Source: Salinispira sp. (GTDB lineage: Bacteria; Spirochaetota; Spirochaetia; DSM-27196; Salinispiraceae). From it: a stretch of DNA of 64,000 bases. Of this stretch, positions 21,762-32,213 are shown one piece after another. The notes beneath the pieces are model-generated. The model was given only the letters and a program-made list of their open reading frames with translations, was not told the origin of the DNA and did no database searches. Position 1 is the stretch's first letter. The number at the start of each line of letters is the position of its first letter. Made by a program: the position numbers and the translations under genes. The DNA lies in assembly GCA_965226555.1 (NCBI GenBank), contig CBDDDG010000021.1, positions 375,707-439,706 on the forward strand. Reading direction: 5' to 3'.

Positions 21762-22706
21762 CTATCCATTTGTATATAACTTGTATATTTCAGGAGCTAC
21801 ACTACGGACCTTCAGAAGAATTTCATCAATTTTATGTTGTTTTTCCTGATTCAATACAAAATAATCAATTAACCAGAAGTAATGGTTGAGTAATTTTGGG
21901 AGAATTGTGTGCGCTGTTTCATGTTTTTTGAGTTCCTGCTCATAATTGAAAATGCGCTGCCGTAGTTTTCCATACTCCAGAGCCCGAAGTTCCCTTTTAA
22001 TATTCAGGATGCCCCAGAGGGTTCCGTAGACCGGTATCCATTCACGTAGTTCATTCGGACCGAAGGTAAAATCGTTCCTCATTTTTTGTATAAGCCTGAC
22101 AAATAAATCCGATTCAAAGGCATCAATGTCAATATCCCGCGGATCAAGAAAAAATGCCTCGCGAAAAAATACCCGCGCTTTCTGTTCTTCTCCAACAAGA
22201 GCGCAGGTATCAGCAAGCTCAGCAAAAAGGCGCGCGCGCGGCATACCATTCTGCATCGCCTTCAAAAAACACTGCTGCGCGTCATCAAAATTTCCCATTC
22301 CCTTATATGCAATGCCCTGCCATAACTGCATTTCCTGCTCATTGTCATTATAATTCAGGCTCGTAAAAATTTTTAGTACCCGAGAGAAAATATTGAGTCT
22401 GAAACTCTGTATAAATTGAATGTCATTGGGGAAGGTCGTCGTAAATTCTCTGAACCTCTTCCAGTATTGCAGTAAAATTTCAGCGTGTTCAATTGGTTCC
22501 TGATAATGAGACAGAGAATCTATTCTTTTTTCCCAGAATTTCATATACTTAAGGCCCCCGATAATTCTCTGATGATTAAAGTCGAGTGAGAATGCTTCAT
22601 TCAGACATTCATGCGCGGCAGTAAATTTATCATTCGCAATGAATTCAGCTGCCCTATTAATGAGAAGTTCAATATCTTTCTGATGGTCCTTACGCTTTGA
22701 TACCAT
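21762..22706 (-). CDS. TPR-like conserved hypothetical protein
   Basis: GIAYKGMGNFDDA, AELADTCALVGE, FREAFFLDP. Confidence 0.75.
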   Translation of the reverse strand: MVSKRKDHQKDIELLINRAAEFIANDKFTAAHECLNEAFSLDFNHQRIIGGLKYMKFWEKRIDSLSHYQEPIEHAEILLQYWKRFREFTTTFPNDIQFIQSFRLNIFSRVLKIFTSLNYNDNEQEMQLWQGIAYKGMGNFDDAQQCFLKAMQNGMPRARLFAELADTCALVGEEQKARVFFREAFFLDPRDIDIDAFESDLFVRLIQKMRNDFTFGPNELREWIPVYGTLWGILNIKRELRALEYGKLRQRIFNYEQELKKHETAHTILPKLLNHYFWLIDYFVLNQEKQHKIDEILLKVRSVAPEIYKLYTNG

Positions 22707-22751
22707 TAGTCTCCACTATGCAGAAATTACTATTTCTGATATATATATTAT

Positions 22752-23453
22752 ATGGGTATCTATCAAAATACAACTACTCGCAGTAATTCTCATCTGCCGC
22801 CGTACATTGCGCCTTCAATACTGTCGGCAGATTTTTCATCTCTCCGGGATGAGTTGCGAATTATCGAAAATTCAGGGGCTGAATGGGTTCATCTTGATGT
22901 TATGGATGGACACTTTGTGCCTAATCTTACCTTTGGTCCGCAGATTGTTTCTGATCTCCGTTCCCATTCACCGCTCATTTTTGATGTGCATCTCATGGTG
23001 AGTAAGCCCATGGAAATGATTGAACAATATGTTACTGCAGGAGCTGATAATATAGTATTCCACATTGAGGCGGTAACACATGCTCATAGATTAATTTCAA
23101 TGATCCGGAATTGTGGAAAATCTCCGGGTATTTCTCTTGTGCCCTCATCGCCGGTTGCGCTCTGTACGGAACTTCTCCCGCTTGTGGATCAGGTTCTGGT
23201 TATGAGTGTGAATCCGGGATTCAGCGGGCAGTCATACATTGAACAAAGTACCTCTAAAATTCGTCAGCTTTCTGATATTAGAAAAGATCATAATTATTCC
23301 TATCTGATAAGTGTTGATGGAGGAATAAACCTTAATACCGCGCCTCGGGTTATTGATGCCGGGGCTGATGTGCTCGTAAGCGGCAGCGCCTTTTTTACGG
23401 CACAAGAGAAATCTCTCTTTGTCCGTCAACTCAAGGGAGAGCAAATTGCATAA
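22752..23453 (+). CDS. rpe: ribulose-phosphate 3-epimerase
   Basis: IAPSILSADF, HLDVMDGHFVPN, DVHLMV, MSVNPGF, VDGGIN. Confidence 0.97.
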   Translation: MGIYQNTTTRSNSHLPPYIAPSILSADFSSLRDELRIIENSGAEWVHLDVMDGHFVPNLTFGPQIVSDLRSHSPLIFDVHLMVSKPMEMIEQYVTAGADNIVFHIEAVTHAHRLISMIRNCGKSPGISLVPSSPVALCTELLPLVDQVLVMSVNPGFSGQSYIEQSTSKIRQLSDIRKDHNYSYLISVDGGINLNTAPRVIDAGADVLVSGSAFFTAQEKSLFVRQLKGEQIA

Positions 23454-23545
23454 AAACGCTTTGCTCCGTGTGGCGCAGCCTCCGGCCAGCCATCGGAAAC
23501 TTTTATTTTATGCAAAAGTTTCCGATAATAAAAAAGGAGCTGAAC

Positions 23546-24550
23546 GTGAAAAGATACTGCATATTAGTATTCACCTGTATGATTTCATTTTCTCTGTGGT
23601 CGCAGATACATACAAACGATTTTAATTCCGGCATCGTTAAATATCAGGAAGAAAAATATTCTGAAGCACTTTCTACCTTCAGGCAGATACTGCTTGATCC
23701 GCAGTATCGAAATTATCACGGCGATGCGTATCTCTGGATAGGCAAAACCCTTATTGCGGAGAATCGTTTTGAGGATGCCGAACGAAACATTGAGTTTTTT
23801 CTTTCAAATTACCCCAACAACAGTAATTATCCTGAGGGCCTTTACCAACGCGGGAGAATACTCTTTTTCAGTATGCGCTATGAGTCGGCAATAGTGGCTT
23901 TTTCGGAGTTTACCTCCCAGTACCCCGATCATCCCTTTGCAGCTAATGCCTATTACTGGACAGGTGAGGCGCTCTTTCACACCGGGTATTTGGATCAGGC
24001 AGAGAAACTGTTTCTTATAGTAATTAGTGAATTTCCGAAAAGCTATCGGGTTGAAGCAGCCCGATATCGGCTATCCGTTATCAATTTAAGCCGACGAGAA
24101 CAGGAACTTCTCAATCTTCTTCAATGGACCCAGGAAGAATATCTGCATTACATAGAGGGTTTCCGTACAGAGGAATTGGAATATCAGGAGGCCATACGTT
24201 TGTATCAGGCCGGAGCTGCGCCTGATTCATCCGGTCTGGCAGCGCGGGAACTCGAAGAGTTACTGCGAAGGATTACCCAGCTTGAATCGGAAAATACACG
24301 ATTGAGGCAATTGAATAATGAACAACGGGAATTTGTCCGGGTACTTGAGAATGATGTCAGAACTATTCAGAATAACCGATCATCTGCGTCTCAGGAAAAC
24401 CTGGCGGAAAGCCAGATCATCCGAAGTACCGATGCCGATTTTCAGCAACGTCTTGATCTTCTTGCCCTCAAAGAAAAAAGCCTTATTCTCAAGGAAAATT
24501 TAATTGAGAATCTTGAGCGTCTCATTGCAAATTCCGGGTATCAGCAGTGA
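23546..24550 (+). CDS. exported TPR protein (BamD/CpoB-like) with coiled coil
   Basis: GTG after AAGGAG; TPR motifs AYLWIG, YPDHPFAANAYYWTGE. Confidence 0.75.
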   Translation: MKRYCILVFTCMISFSLWSQIHTNDFNSGIVKYQEEKYSEALSTFRQILLDPQYRNYHGDAYLWIGKTLIAENRFEDAERNIEFFLSNYPNNSNYPEGLYQRGRILFFSMRYESAIVAFSEFTSQYPDHPFAANAYYWTGEALFHTGYLDQAEKLFLIVISEFPKSYRVEAARYRLSVINLSRREQELLNLLQWTQEEYLHYIEGFRTEELEYQEAIRLYQAGAAPDSSGLAARELEELLRRITQLESENTRLRQLNNEQREFVRVLENDVRTIQNNRSSASQENLAESQIIRSTDADFQQRLDLLALKEKSLILKENLIENLERLIANSGYQQ

Positions 24551-25653
24551 AACATCTTGCTGCAGGATTGTTTATATTCCTGTGTATACTCCCTGCCATG
24601 TATCTTCACGGGCTTGATTATGTCGTTGGAAACTATAATCTCGGTATATTTGAGGAGAATGGACATTTTTCCCTGTCCTATCGTAAACAGACATCGCATG
24701 TTCCCCTTCTGGACAACGAAAATCCGCGAAGCAGTTTTATTGAAATCCTGTATAATAATAGAATCATACGTTTGGCGAATGAGAGCGTTTTTTATATTAC
24801 TGTCCTCGAAACAGATGAGGCAATCATCGTACAATATGACCTAGGGGGAATTATTGTTGAAGAACGGTTTTCCTTTCTCCGGCAGGAAAACAGAATTCTT
24901 GCGGTCAAAATTACCTACAGCATCCATAACAATTCTGGAAATGATGTATTTATTGGTATCCGCAACATTCTGGATACTGTGCTTGGAGAATCGGAAGCTG
25001 CCCATTTTTCAACGCAGAACGATGGGGCGGTATTTGATGAGCTCATGTTCCTGCCTGACCCCGATAATTCCGACACCGATAATTCCTACATTCTCAGCGC
25101 GAATGAAACCGATCAACTTGCAATATACTTCTGGGGTAAAACAGGGCCGGATAAGGTACTGCTTGCAAACTGGAAGCGCTTATCTGATAGTAATTGGGAA
25201 TATACCGTTCAAAATGGAAGAAATTTTACCGAAGCGCCGCTCTCAATTAATGACAGTGCAGTTGCGCTTGTTTTTGAACCTCGAACTATTGGCGAGGGGC
25301 AGAAAGTACATTACGAAATTGTTCTCAGCTATGTGCCAAGTGATACCGATCCTCTTGCATGGCGTGAAAATCTCATACATGCGCATGTTCATACATTACG
25401 CTATGGGACAAGCCGAATTACACACATTGATGACAACGCATTTCCTCAATCCATAGATGGTTTGAATTCCGAAAACTATAGCTCTGAGCAGCTTCGGACA
25501 GTGTCATCATATCTTCGTGATCTGGAGATTCTTGACAGTTTCATTAGTCAAATTGATAGTATCCTTTATTCGCGGGGAATAGTAACATCGCAGGATATTA
25601 TCCGGATGGAGGATATATTGGCTATAATTCGTAAAAATAGTTCACATTATTAG
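24547..25653 (+). CDS. exported hypothetical protein
   Basis: 368-aa ORF overlapping the upstream stop (GTGA); signal peptide. Confidence 0.7.
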   Translation: MKHLAAGLFIFLCILPAMYLHGLDYVVGNYNLGIFEENGHFSLSYRKQTSHVPLLDNENPRSSFIEILYNNRIIRLANESVFYITVLETDEAIIVQYDLGGIIVEERFSFLRQENRILAVKITYSIHNNSGNDVFIGIRNILDTVLGESEAAHFSTQNDGAVFDELMFLPDPDNSDTDNSYILSANETDQLAIYFWGKTGPDKVLLANWKRLSDSNWEYTVQNGRNFTEAPLSINDSAVALVFEPRTIGEGQKVHYEIVLSYVPSDTDPLAWRENLIHAHVHTLRYGTSRITHIDDNAFPQSIDGLNSENYSSEQLRTVSSYLRDLEILDSFISQIDSILYSRGIVTSQDIIRMEDILAIIRKNSSHY

Positions 25654-25657
25654 CAGC

Positions 25658-26731
25658 ATGAAAGATACGCATAATGATCTTCGGGCAGCTCAGACATTAT
25701 TCGCCAGACAAAAGTATGGACAGATTATTTCCCAACTTACCCCGCAGATTGTACTTTATCGGAAGGATCCGGCATTTTATACGATACTCGGGTTTTCATG
25801 CCTGTACACTGAAGATTTTGGCGGCGCCTATAGTTATTTGAAAAGAGCCCGCGATCTTGCGCCTGAGAATGTTTCTGTTTTCCTTGGCCTTGCAGTTGTT
25901 ATGCTCAGGCGCCGAAAACTTACTGAAGCCCTGAATATCTGGCTGCAGGTACTGGAGCTTGACCCGAAAAATAAACGGGCAAAACGCGCTCTGGATATGG
26001 CCCGAACTTTTTCAGAGAACGATTGGCTTCAACTCATTGAGAAAAAAAAGTATTCTTCCATACTTCCTGCTCAACGCAGCCTCGTACTCTCCAGAATAAT
26101 TCCATGGACAGTTGCCGGATTGCTGCTCGTTGCCCTGCTTGTAGTTATCATATCTGCTATTTCTGGAATTGAACCTCCTTATCGTGTGAATTCGGAATTG
26201 TTGGAGTTTGATCGGAACGATTATACGCCCGGAGATTACTCACAATTTGCAGCCATCATTTTTACTGATGCGGAACTGGAAAGAAAAGTTGCCGAAATAA
26301 AATATCTCTTCCATCATTTTCAGGATAATCTCATTCGATATCATGGAAATACCATACTTATGTCAAATGCTCCTCTCGGCTTGAAAGATCGCATCTCCTT
26401 CATTATGGCGCAGCTTCAGGTGCCCAACTTCACCAATTTTCAGGATAATTTCGAATACACAGAAGTGGCGGAAAATCCCCAATTCTATAATGGGGTATAT
26501 GTCCGATGGCGGGGAAGGGTGGCCAATTTTTCAATAGCTGATGACTTCATCATATTTGATCTGCTGGTGGGCTTCGATGATGGGCGGATTGTTCAGGGTA
26601 CTGTACCTGTTATTCTCGATTTTGCCGTTAATCTTCGAGGCGGTGAGGCGGTTGAGGTTATTGCGAGAGTGAGCAGTGAAGACGGTACCATCAGATTATC
26701 TGCTACATCTATCCGGCTCATCATTCAATAA
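25658..26731 (+). CDS. TPR membrane protein
   Basis: N-terminal TPRs, one TM helix, C-terminal OB-like region (VRWRGRVAN). Confidence 0.72.
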   Translation: MKDTHNDLRAAQTLFARQKYGQIISQLTPQIVLYRKDPAFYTILGFSCLYTEDFGGAYSYLKRARDLAPENVSVFLGLAVVMLRRRKLTEALNIWLQVLELDPKNKRAKRALDMARTFSENDWLQLIEKKKYSSILPAQRSLVLSRIIPWTVAGLLLVALLVVIISAISGIEPPYRVNSELLEFDRNDYTPGDYSQFAAIIFTDAELERKVAEIKYLFHHFQDNLIRYHGNTILMSNAPLGLKDRISFIMAQLQVPNFTNFQDNFEYTEVAENPQFYNGVYVRWRGRVANFSIADDFIIFDLLVGFDDGRIVQGTVPVILDFAVNLRGGEAVEVIARVSSEDGTIRLSATSIRLIIQ

Positions 26732-26739
26732 AGGGCTTA

Positions 26740-27741
26740 TCATTCAGTAAGCTGACGTGATCTCTTCCGCTCAATCATCCCCATGACCATATAGACAAGT
26801 TGAGCGGCAGTGAATTCGCAGAAATGACCCCCGAGATTCGGAGCAAGTTCAACAACATCGAATGCAATAACATTCCGCTGCTGAATGACCGATTCAATGA
26901 TGGACAGTGTCTGGTACCATTGCAGCCCTCCGGGAACGGGTGTGCCGGTTGCAGGAAGAATACTCGGGTCGAGACCATCGAGATCGATGCTCAGGTATAT
27001 ATCGGCAGGAAAATCTTCAGGCAAAGTTACCGTATTTATCTGATCAGGCTGCCCGGGCGCGAGCTGGGGAGCATCATAATAATGTACATGGGGGCAGGAG
27101 TTTCTGTATTCCACTTCTTCCCGGCAAAGTGCCCGTACACCCAGTTGAAACACCGGAATTCCGGCATCTGCGCAGCGGCGCATAATTGAAGCATGCGACC
27201 AGACCTTACCCTGATATGCGAGCCGCATATCGGCATGGGCATCAATGTGTACAATGCCCAGAGAATTCCCTCTGTTTCTGGAATGTTCCCGGCAGGCCAT
27301 TACCGGACCGTATGTTATGCTGTGTTCTCCGCCGAGGATAACCGGCAGCGCTCCATGTTCAAGAATGTCTCCTGTCTTACGGGCTGCGGACTGAAAGAGC
27401 CCGTCAACTAATTCATCGCTGAGCCTGTCGTTTTCAGGAGCATTGTACGCAGCCCGAGCATTGTACGCAGCCCTGCGACTGTTCAGCATCAGTGGTTTGT
27501 GGGTGAAAATTCCTGCTAATCCGGGATAACTTGTTCCGTCGTAAAGTTCTAATTGCTGACTGGCGCGGATAATCGCTTCAGGTCCTGCATTGGCGCCGCC
27601 TAAATAGCTGACCGATGCCTCAAACGGAAAGGGGACTACGTGAAATGCCGCCTTGTCGGGAGGTATTGCATCATGTTCACTCTCAAGGAATCCCAGCCCC
27701 TCGTAGCCCTCGTAGGCGGTAAATTCTGCTCTGTGCTTCAT
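26740..27741 (-). CDS. speB: agmatinase
   Basis: GGEHSIT, HIDAHAD, SIDLDGLDP, PATGTPVPGG. Confidence 0.92.
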   Translation of the reverse strand: MKHRAEFTAYEGYEGLGFLESEHDAIPPDKAAFHVVPFPFEASVSYLGGANAGPEAIIRASQQLELYDGTSYPGLAGIFTHKPLMLNSRRAAYNARAAYNAPENDRLSDELVDGLFQSAARKTGDILEHGALPVILGGEHSITYGPVMACREHSRNRGNSLGIVHIDAHADMRLAYQGKVWSHASIMRRCADAGIPVFQLGVRALCREEVEYRNSCPHVHYYDAPQLAPGQPDQINTVTLPEDFPADIYLSIDLDGLDPSILPATGTPVPGGLQWYQTLSIIESVIQQRNVIAFDVVELAPNLGGHFCEFTAAQLVYMVMGMIERKRSRQLTE

Positions 27742-27754
27742 ATGATCTCCAGTG

Positions 27755-29071
27755 TTATGAAAGCCTGTTACGGAAATCGTTGTAATTAAATGTTTTTACC
27801 ACTTCATACGCGCCATTGCGGCTGTCGAAGGTACAGATGGCCGGAAGCGGTATTCCATTGAAGGTTGTCGTCTTCACCATTGTGTAATGCGCCATATCAT
27901 CAAAGATCAGCCGTTGACCGCGTTTCAGCGATGAACTGAAACTGTAGTCTCCCATTACATCGCCCGCAAGACATGTCTGACTGCCGAGCCGGTAAAGGCA
28001 GGGAAGGGTACCGGGATCAGCCGCTCCCCAGATCTCAGCCCGATATGGCATCTCCAGAGTATCGGGCATATGGCAGGTTGCGGAAGCATCAAGAATTGCC
28101 ACATCCATGCCGTTATGGAGAGTATCAAGAACTGTTGTAAGCAAAATACCTGTGTGTATGGCTATTGCCTCTCCGGGTTCAATATACACCGTAAGATTAT
28201 ACTCGTCCCGCATCATTTTTATACAGTCAATAAGGAGTTGGCGGTTATAATCATCTCCGGTAATGTGATGCCCGCCTCCGAAATTGATCCATGACATATT
28301 TTTGAGGACATGTCCGAATTTTTTAATAACAACCTTCAGTGTACGTTCGAGAGGTTCCGCGCCCTGTTCACAGAGAGTATGAAAATGCAGGCCGCTTATG
28401 CCTGCCAGCCCTTCCAATCCTGCCAGCCCTGCCAATCCTGCCAGCCCTTCCAATCCTGCCAGCCCTTCCAATCCTGCCAGCCCTTCCAATCCTGCCGGTT
28501 CATCTTCCTCTTCACGGAATTCCTTCTCAGTTACGCCAAACCGGCTATGAGCTGCGCAGGGATCGTAGAGGGGAATTGTTCCTTCGCTGTGCTCCGGGTT
28601 AATGCGCATGCCGAAATGAATTCCTTCCCGCTGAGCTTGAGCTGCCAGAGCCTGTTCACGGTAATGCTTCCATTGAGAAAAACTATTAAAAACAATGTGA
28701 TCAGCAATTTTCAGTAGTTCAGTAAATTCTTCTTCCTTAAAAGCCGGCGCGTATACATGCACTTCCTTTCCAAATTCTTCCCGTCCGAGACGAGCCTCAT
28801 ACACCGAACTTGCGGCGGTTCCCTTGAGAATGGAGCTTATCTGCGGAGCGAGGTGAAACATTGAAAAACCCTTAAGGGCGAGAATAATGTTCGCGCCGGA
28901 TAGCTCCATAATTTCACCGAGAACATCAAGATTGTATTGTATTGCCGCCTTGTCTATGACAAAGGCCGGCGAGGGAACTTTGCTCGGGTCAAAGCCCCTG
29001 AAGAAGGCAGGCCGTTTTCCGTTTCCGTGGAAGGTCACTCCGGCGCTGCCTGTACTGTCTGTACTGTCCAT
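27755..29071 (-). CDS. nspC: carboxy(nor)spermidine decarboxylase
   Basis: LALKGF, YDPC, GLHFHTLCEQ, NFGGGH, YIEPGEA, TCLAGD, YTMVK. Confidence 0.93.
   Translation of the reverse strand: MDSTDSTGSAGVTFHGNGKRPAFFRGFDPSKVPSPAFVIDKAAIQYNLDVLGEIMELSGANIILALKGFSMFHLAPQISSILKGTAASSVYEARLGREEFGKEVHVYAPAFKEEEFTELLKIADHIVFNSFSQWKHYREQALAAQAQREGIHFGMRINPEHSEGTIPLYDPCAAHSRFGVTEKEFREEEDEPAGLEGLAGLEGLAGLEGLAGLAGLAGLEGLAGISGLHFHTLCEQGAEPLERTLKVVIKKFGHVLKNMSWINFGGGHHITGDDYNRQLLIDCIKMMRDEYNLTVYIEPGEAIAIHTGILLTTVLDTLHNGMDVAILDASATCHMPDTLEMPYRAEIWGAADPGTLPCLYRLGSQTCLAGDVMGDYSFSSSLKRGQRLIFDDMAHYTMVKTTTFNGIPLPAICTFDSRNGAYEVVKTFNYNDFRNRLS
28401..28496 (-). repeat. 18-nt tandem repeat (LAGLEG, about 5 units) inside nspC
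   Basis: Tandem CCTGCCAGCCCTTCCAAT units. Confidence 0.9.
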
Positions 29072-30243
29072 GGCAGGCCATGTGCCGGTAGTTCATCCAT
29101 GAAAGGATCGGGGTCAAACTGTTCCATATTATACACGCCTGCTTTATGCCAGATGCCTGTCAGCATCATTTTTGCCCCAATCATGGCTGGAACCCCGGTC
29201 GTATAGCTAATGGCCTGGCTTTGAACCTCACGGTAGGCCTCCTGATGATCACAGATATTGTATATATAAACTTCCCGATTTTTGCTGTCTTTTACCCCTC
29301 GAAGTATGCCTCCGATGCAGGTTTTTCCCTTTGTGCGGGGGCCGAGACTTGAGGGTTCAGGCAGTACTGCCTTAAGAAACTGCAGGGGAACTATCTCCCT
29401 GCCATTGAAGTCAATTGGCTTAATACTTGTCATTCCCACATTGGTTAATACTTCGAGGTATTTGAGGTAATTATCAGAAAAACTCATCCAGAACTGAGCC
29501 TTTTTGATATCGGGAAAATGCTTTGTCAGCGATTCAAGCTCTTCATGGTACATGCGGTATATATTGTAGGTTCCGACCTCGTTGGGGCAGGTAAATTCCC
29601 GTGACATGGACATTGGGGGTGTTTCAATAAATTTTCCATTTTCATAGTGAACGCAGGCAGCGCTCACCTCACGGATATTAATTTCAGGATTAAAATTTGT
29701 TGCGAATGGCCGGTCATGTGTGCCGCCGTTAACATCAATAATATCCAGATAATCGAGCCTGTCGAGATAGTGCTTCAGCCCATACGCGGTAAAGACATTT
29801 GTTACGCCGGGATCAAAACCGCTTCCAAGAAGAGCCATTATCCCCTTTTTTTCAAAACGTTCATGATATTCCCACTGCCATCGATACTCAAACTTTGCAG
29901 TGTCCTTCGGTTCATAGTTTGCTGTATCGAGATAATCAACACCTGTTTCAAGGCAGGCATCCATTAACGGCAGATCCTGATACGGGAGAGCGAGATTGAT
30001 GAGGAGATCAGGCTGAACTTTCTTAATAAGTTTCACCGTCTGAGATACATCATCGGCATTGAGCTGCGCTGTGGAAATGCTCCGTCCGCGCATTTCATCT
30101 ACTTGTTCGGCAATTACTTTGCATGTGCTTTCTCTCCGGCTTGCAAGGGTAATTTCGGAAAAAATATCTGAGTTCATGGCGCATTTATGGGTTGTTACCT
30201 GCCCAACGCCTCCGGCTCCGACAATTAATACATGTTTGCCCAT
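29035..30243 (-). CDS. carboxy(nor)spermidine dehydrogenase (saccharopine dehydrogenase family)
   Basis: GAGGVG, DYLDTANYE, GFDPGVTN, FATNFNPEINIRE; between speA and nspC; start MGKH after GAGGAG. Confidence 0.9.
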   Translation of the reverse strand: MGKHVLIVGAGGVGQVTTHKCAMNSDIFSEITLASRRESTCKVIAEQVDEMRGRSISTAQLNADDVSQTVKLIKKVQPDLLINLALPYQDLPLMDACLETGVDYLDTANYEPKDTAKFEYRWQWEYHERFEKKGIMALLGSGFDPGVTNVFTAYGLKHYLDRLDYLDIIDVNGGTHDRPFATNFNPEINIREVSAACVHYENGKFIETPPMSMSREFTCPNEVGTYNIYRMYHEELESLTKHFPDIKKAQFWMSFSDNYLKYLEVLTNVGMTSIKPIDFNGREIVPLQFLKAVLPEPSSLGPRTKGKTCIGGILRGVKDSKNREVYIYNICDHQEAYREVQSQAISYTTGVPAMIGAKMMLTGIWHKAGVYNMEQFDPDPFMDELPAHGLPWTVQTVQAAPE

Positions 30244-30258
30244 TGTTTTATTCTCCTC

Positions 30259-30298
30259 GAAACTTTTGCTACTGGAAATTGTGCAAGCACAACTTTTC
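30259..30298. repeat. partial palindromic element in the speA-dehydrogenase spacer
   Basis: GAAACTTTTGCTACTGGAAATTGTGCAAGCACAACTTTTC. Confidence 0.8.
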
Positions 30299-32213
30299 AA
30301 CGCTTGAAATAGGTATATCCGTTCATACTTGAATTAAAGGTCTGCATAATTATCTTCCCTTCTGAAACAGTTATTTTACCCTTCGTAATTGCAGTTTCTG
30401 TTTTCCTGCGGAACTGCTCCCGCACATGATCCGGCTCATATTCCACATAGCTGAGAACATCGGAAATTGAATCGCCGTGAATCTCCCTGACAATGTCGTA
30501 GGTTCCGTCATTCTCTACCCTGATGGAAACAACATTCGGATCACCAAAAAGATTATGCAGATCTCCCAGAGTTTCCTGATACGCGCCCACAAGAAAAATT
30601 CCAAGGTAATATTCTTCATTATCTTTAAGGCTATGGAGGGGAAGTGTCCGTTTAATATCATGAATATCGGGAAAATGATCAATTTTTCCATCGGAGTCGC
30701 AGGTAATGTCGCCTAAAATACCCTGCCGATCCGGTTTTGTATTATGCCGATGAAGAGGAATAACCGGAAAAATCTGGTCAATTGCCCATGCGTCCGGCAG
30801 GCTTTGAAACACACTGAAATTACAATAATAAATGTCATACAATGCCTCTCCGAGGTTCCTGAGCTCGCGGGGAATGCGCTTTACCTTTTTCAGATTAATG
30901 ATTATCTGATTTATAAGCGACAAAAATATATTCTCACCCAGAGCCCGATCTCTCAGGCTTATGCCTCCGCTTTTGAAGCGTTCGCGCAGCTCATTACGAT
31001 GGTGGACAGCATCATGATAACATTCCTGAATGTTTTTCAGGTCCATATATCCATGAATTTCCCACAGGTGAAAAATTGTGTCATCCACAGCTTCGGGCAG
31101 TTTCTCCGGCGGCTGGGGGTGCTGTACAGGAGTAACATCGAGAACATTGCAGACAAGAATGGTTGAGTATGCGACAGTTGCTCTTCCCGATTCAGTCATA
31201 ATGCATGGGTGGGGAGTGTGTGAGTCGTTAAGAATATAGGTTAACGATTCAATAATGTCAGTACAATATTCTTGGAGAGTATAGTTTTTACTGTGGACAA
31301 AATTTGTCTGGCTTCCATCGTAATCAATTGCCAATCCGCCTCCAAGATCCAGAAAACCCATGGGAGCTCCTTCCTGAATAAGCCCGACATAAAAGCGCGC
31401 CGCTTCCTGTATGGCATTTCGTATGTCCCGAATGTTTGGAATCTGACTGCCCAGATGATAATGCAGCAATTGAAGTGAATCCAGAATGTTTTCAGCCCGG
31501 AGGATATCAATAATATCGACAATTTCTGAAGTTGTCAGTCCAAAAAGGCTGTTATCGCCCCCGCTGTCCTGCCAATGACCGCCGGCTTTGCTTGAAAGCT
31601 TGATGCGCAGACCGATAAGAGGCTGAATGCCAAGTTTTTTGCTTCTCTCAATGAGAATGGGTAACTCACTGGGGGCTTCAATAACAAAAAAACAACGGTA
31701 CCCCATCTTATGCGCGTAGAGCCCGAGATCAAAAAAATCAGCGTCTTTGTAACCATTACATACAATAACGTTTTCGGTGCTGTACAGCATGTGAAGGGCA
31801 ACAATGAGCTCGGCCTTACTGCCGGCTTCAAGGCTATGATTATACCGAGCGCCGCATTTTGTTATTTCTTCAATGACTTGCTGCTGTTGGTTTACCTTTA
31901 TGGGGAAAAGCCCCTGATATTTTCCGGTATAATTGAATTCTTTCATTGCCGCATGAAAACTTTCATTAAGCAGGGTGATTTGCCCTTCAAGAAGATTCTC
32001 CACTCGCAGAAGAGCAGGCATTTGAATGCCTCGGTCAAGCAAATTTTTTATAATATCAAGAAAACGTATTTCATTGGATTTTCCATCTGTGGATACCCTG
32101 AGAATGACTTCTCCAGAATTGTTAATATCAAAATATCCTCCGCCCCATTCCTTTATTCCATAAAGATTAGCGGAATCCTGCGGAGACCATTCACTCAGTA
32201 AATCATTGCTCAT
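30297..32213 (-). CDS. speA: biosynthetic arginine decarboxylase
   Basis: FPIKVNQ, LEAGSKAEL, HYHLGSQI, DLGGGL, TCDSDG, GAYQETLGDLHNLFG. Confidence 0.96.
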   Translation of the reverse strand: MSNDLLSEWSPQDSANLYGIKEWGGGYFDINNSGEVILRVSTDGKSNEIRFLDIIKNLLDRGIQMPALLRVENLLEGQITLLNESFHAAMKEFNYTGKYQGLFPIKVNQQQQVIEEITKCGARYNHSLEAGSKAELIVALHMLYSTENVIVCNGYKDADFFDLGLYAHKMGYRCFFVIEAPSELPILIERSKKLGIQPLIGLRIKLSSKAGGHWQDSGGDNSLFGLTTSEIVDIIDILRAENILDSLQLLHYHLGSQIPNIRDIRNAIQEAARFYVGLIQEGAPMGFLDLGGGLAIDYDGSQTNFVHSKNYTLQEYCTDIIESLTYILNDSHTPHPCIMTESGRATVAYSTILVCNVLDVTPVQHPQPPEKLPEAVDDTIFHLWEIHGYMDLKNIQECYHDAVHHRNELRERFKSGGISLRDRALGENIFLSLINQIIINLKKVKRIPRELRNLGEALYDIYYCNFSVFQSLPDAWAIDQIFPVIPLHRHNTKPDRQGILGDITCDSDGKIDHFPDIHDIKRTLPLHSLKDNEEYYLGIFLVGAYQETLGDLHNLFGDPNVVSIRVENDGTYDIVREIHGDSISDVLSYVEYEPDHVREQFRRKTETAITKGKITVSEGKIIMQTFNSSMNGYTYFKR

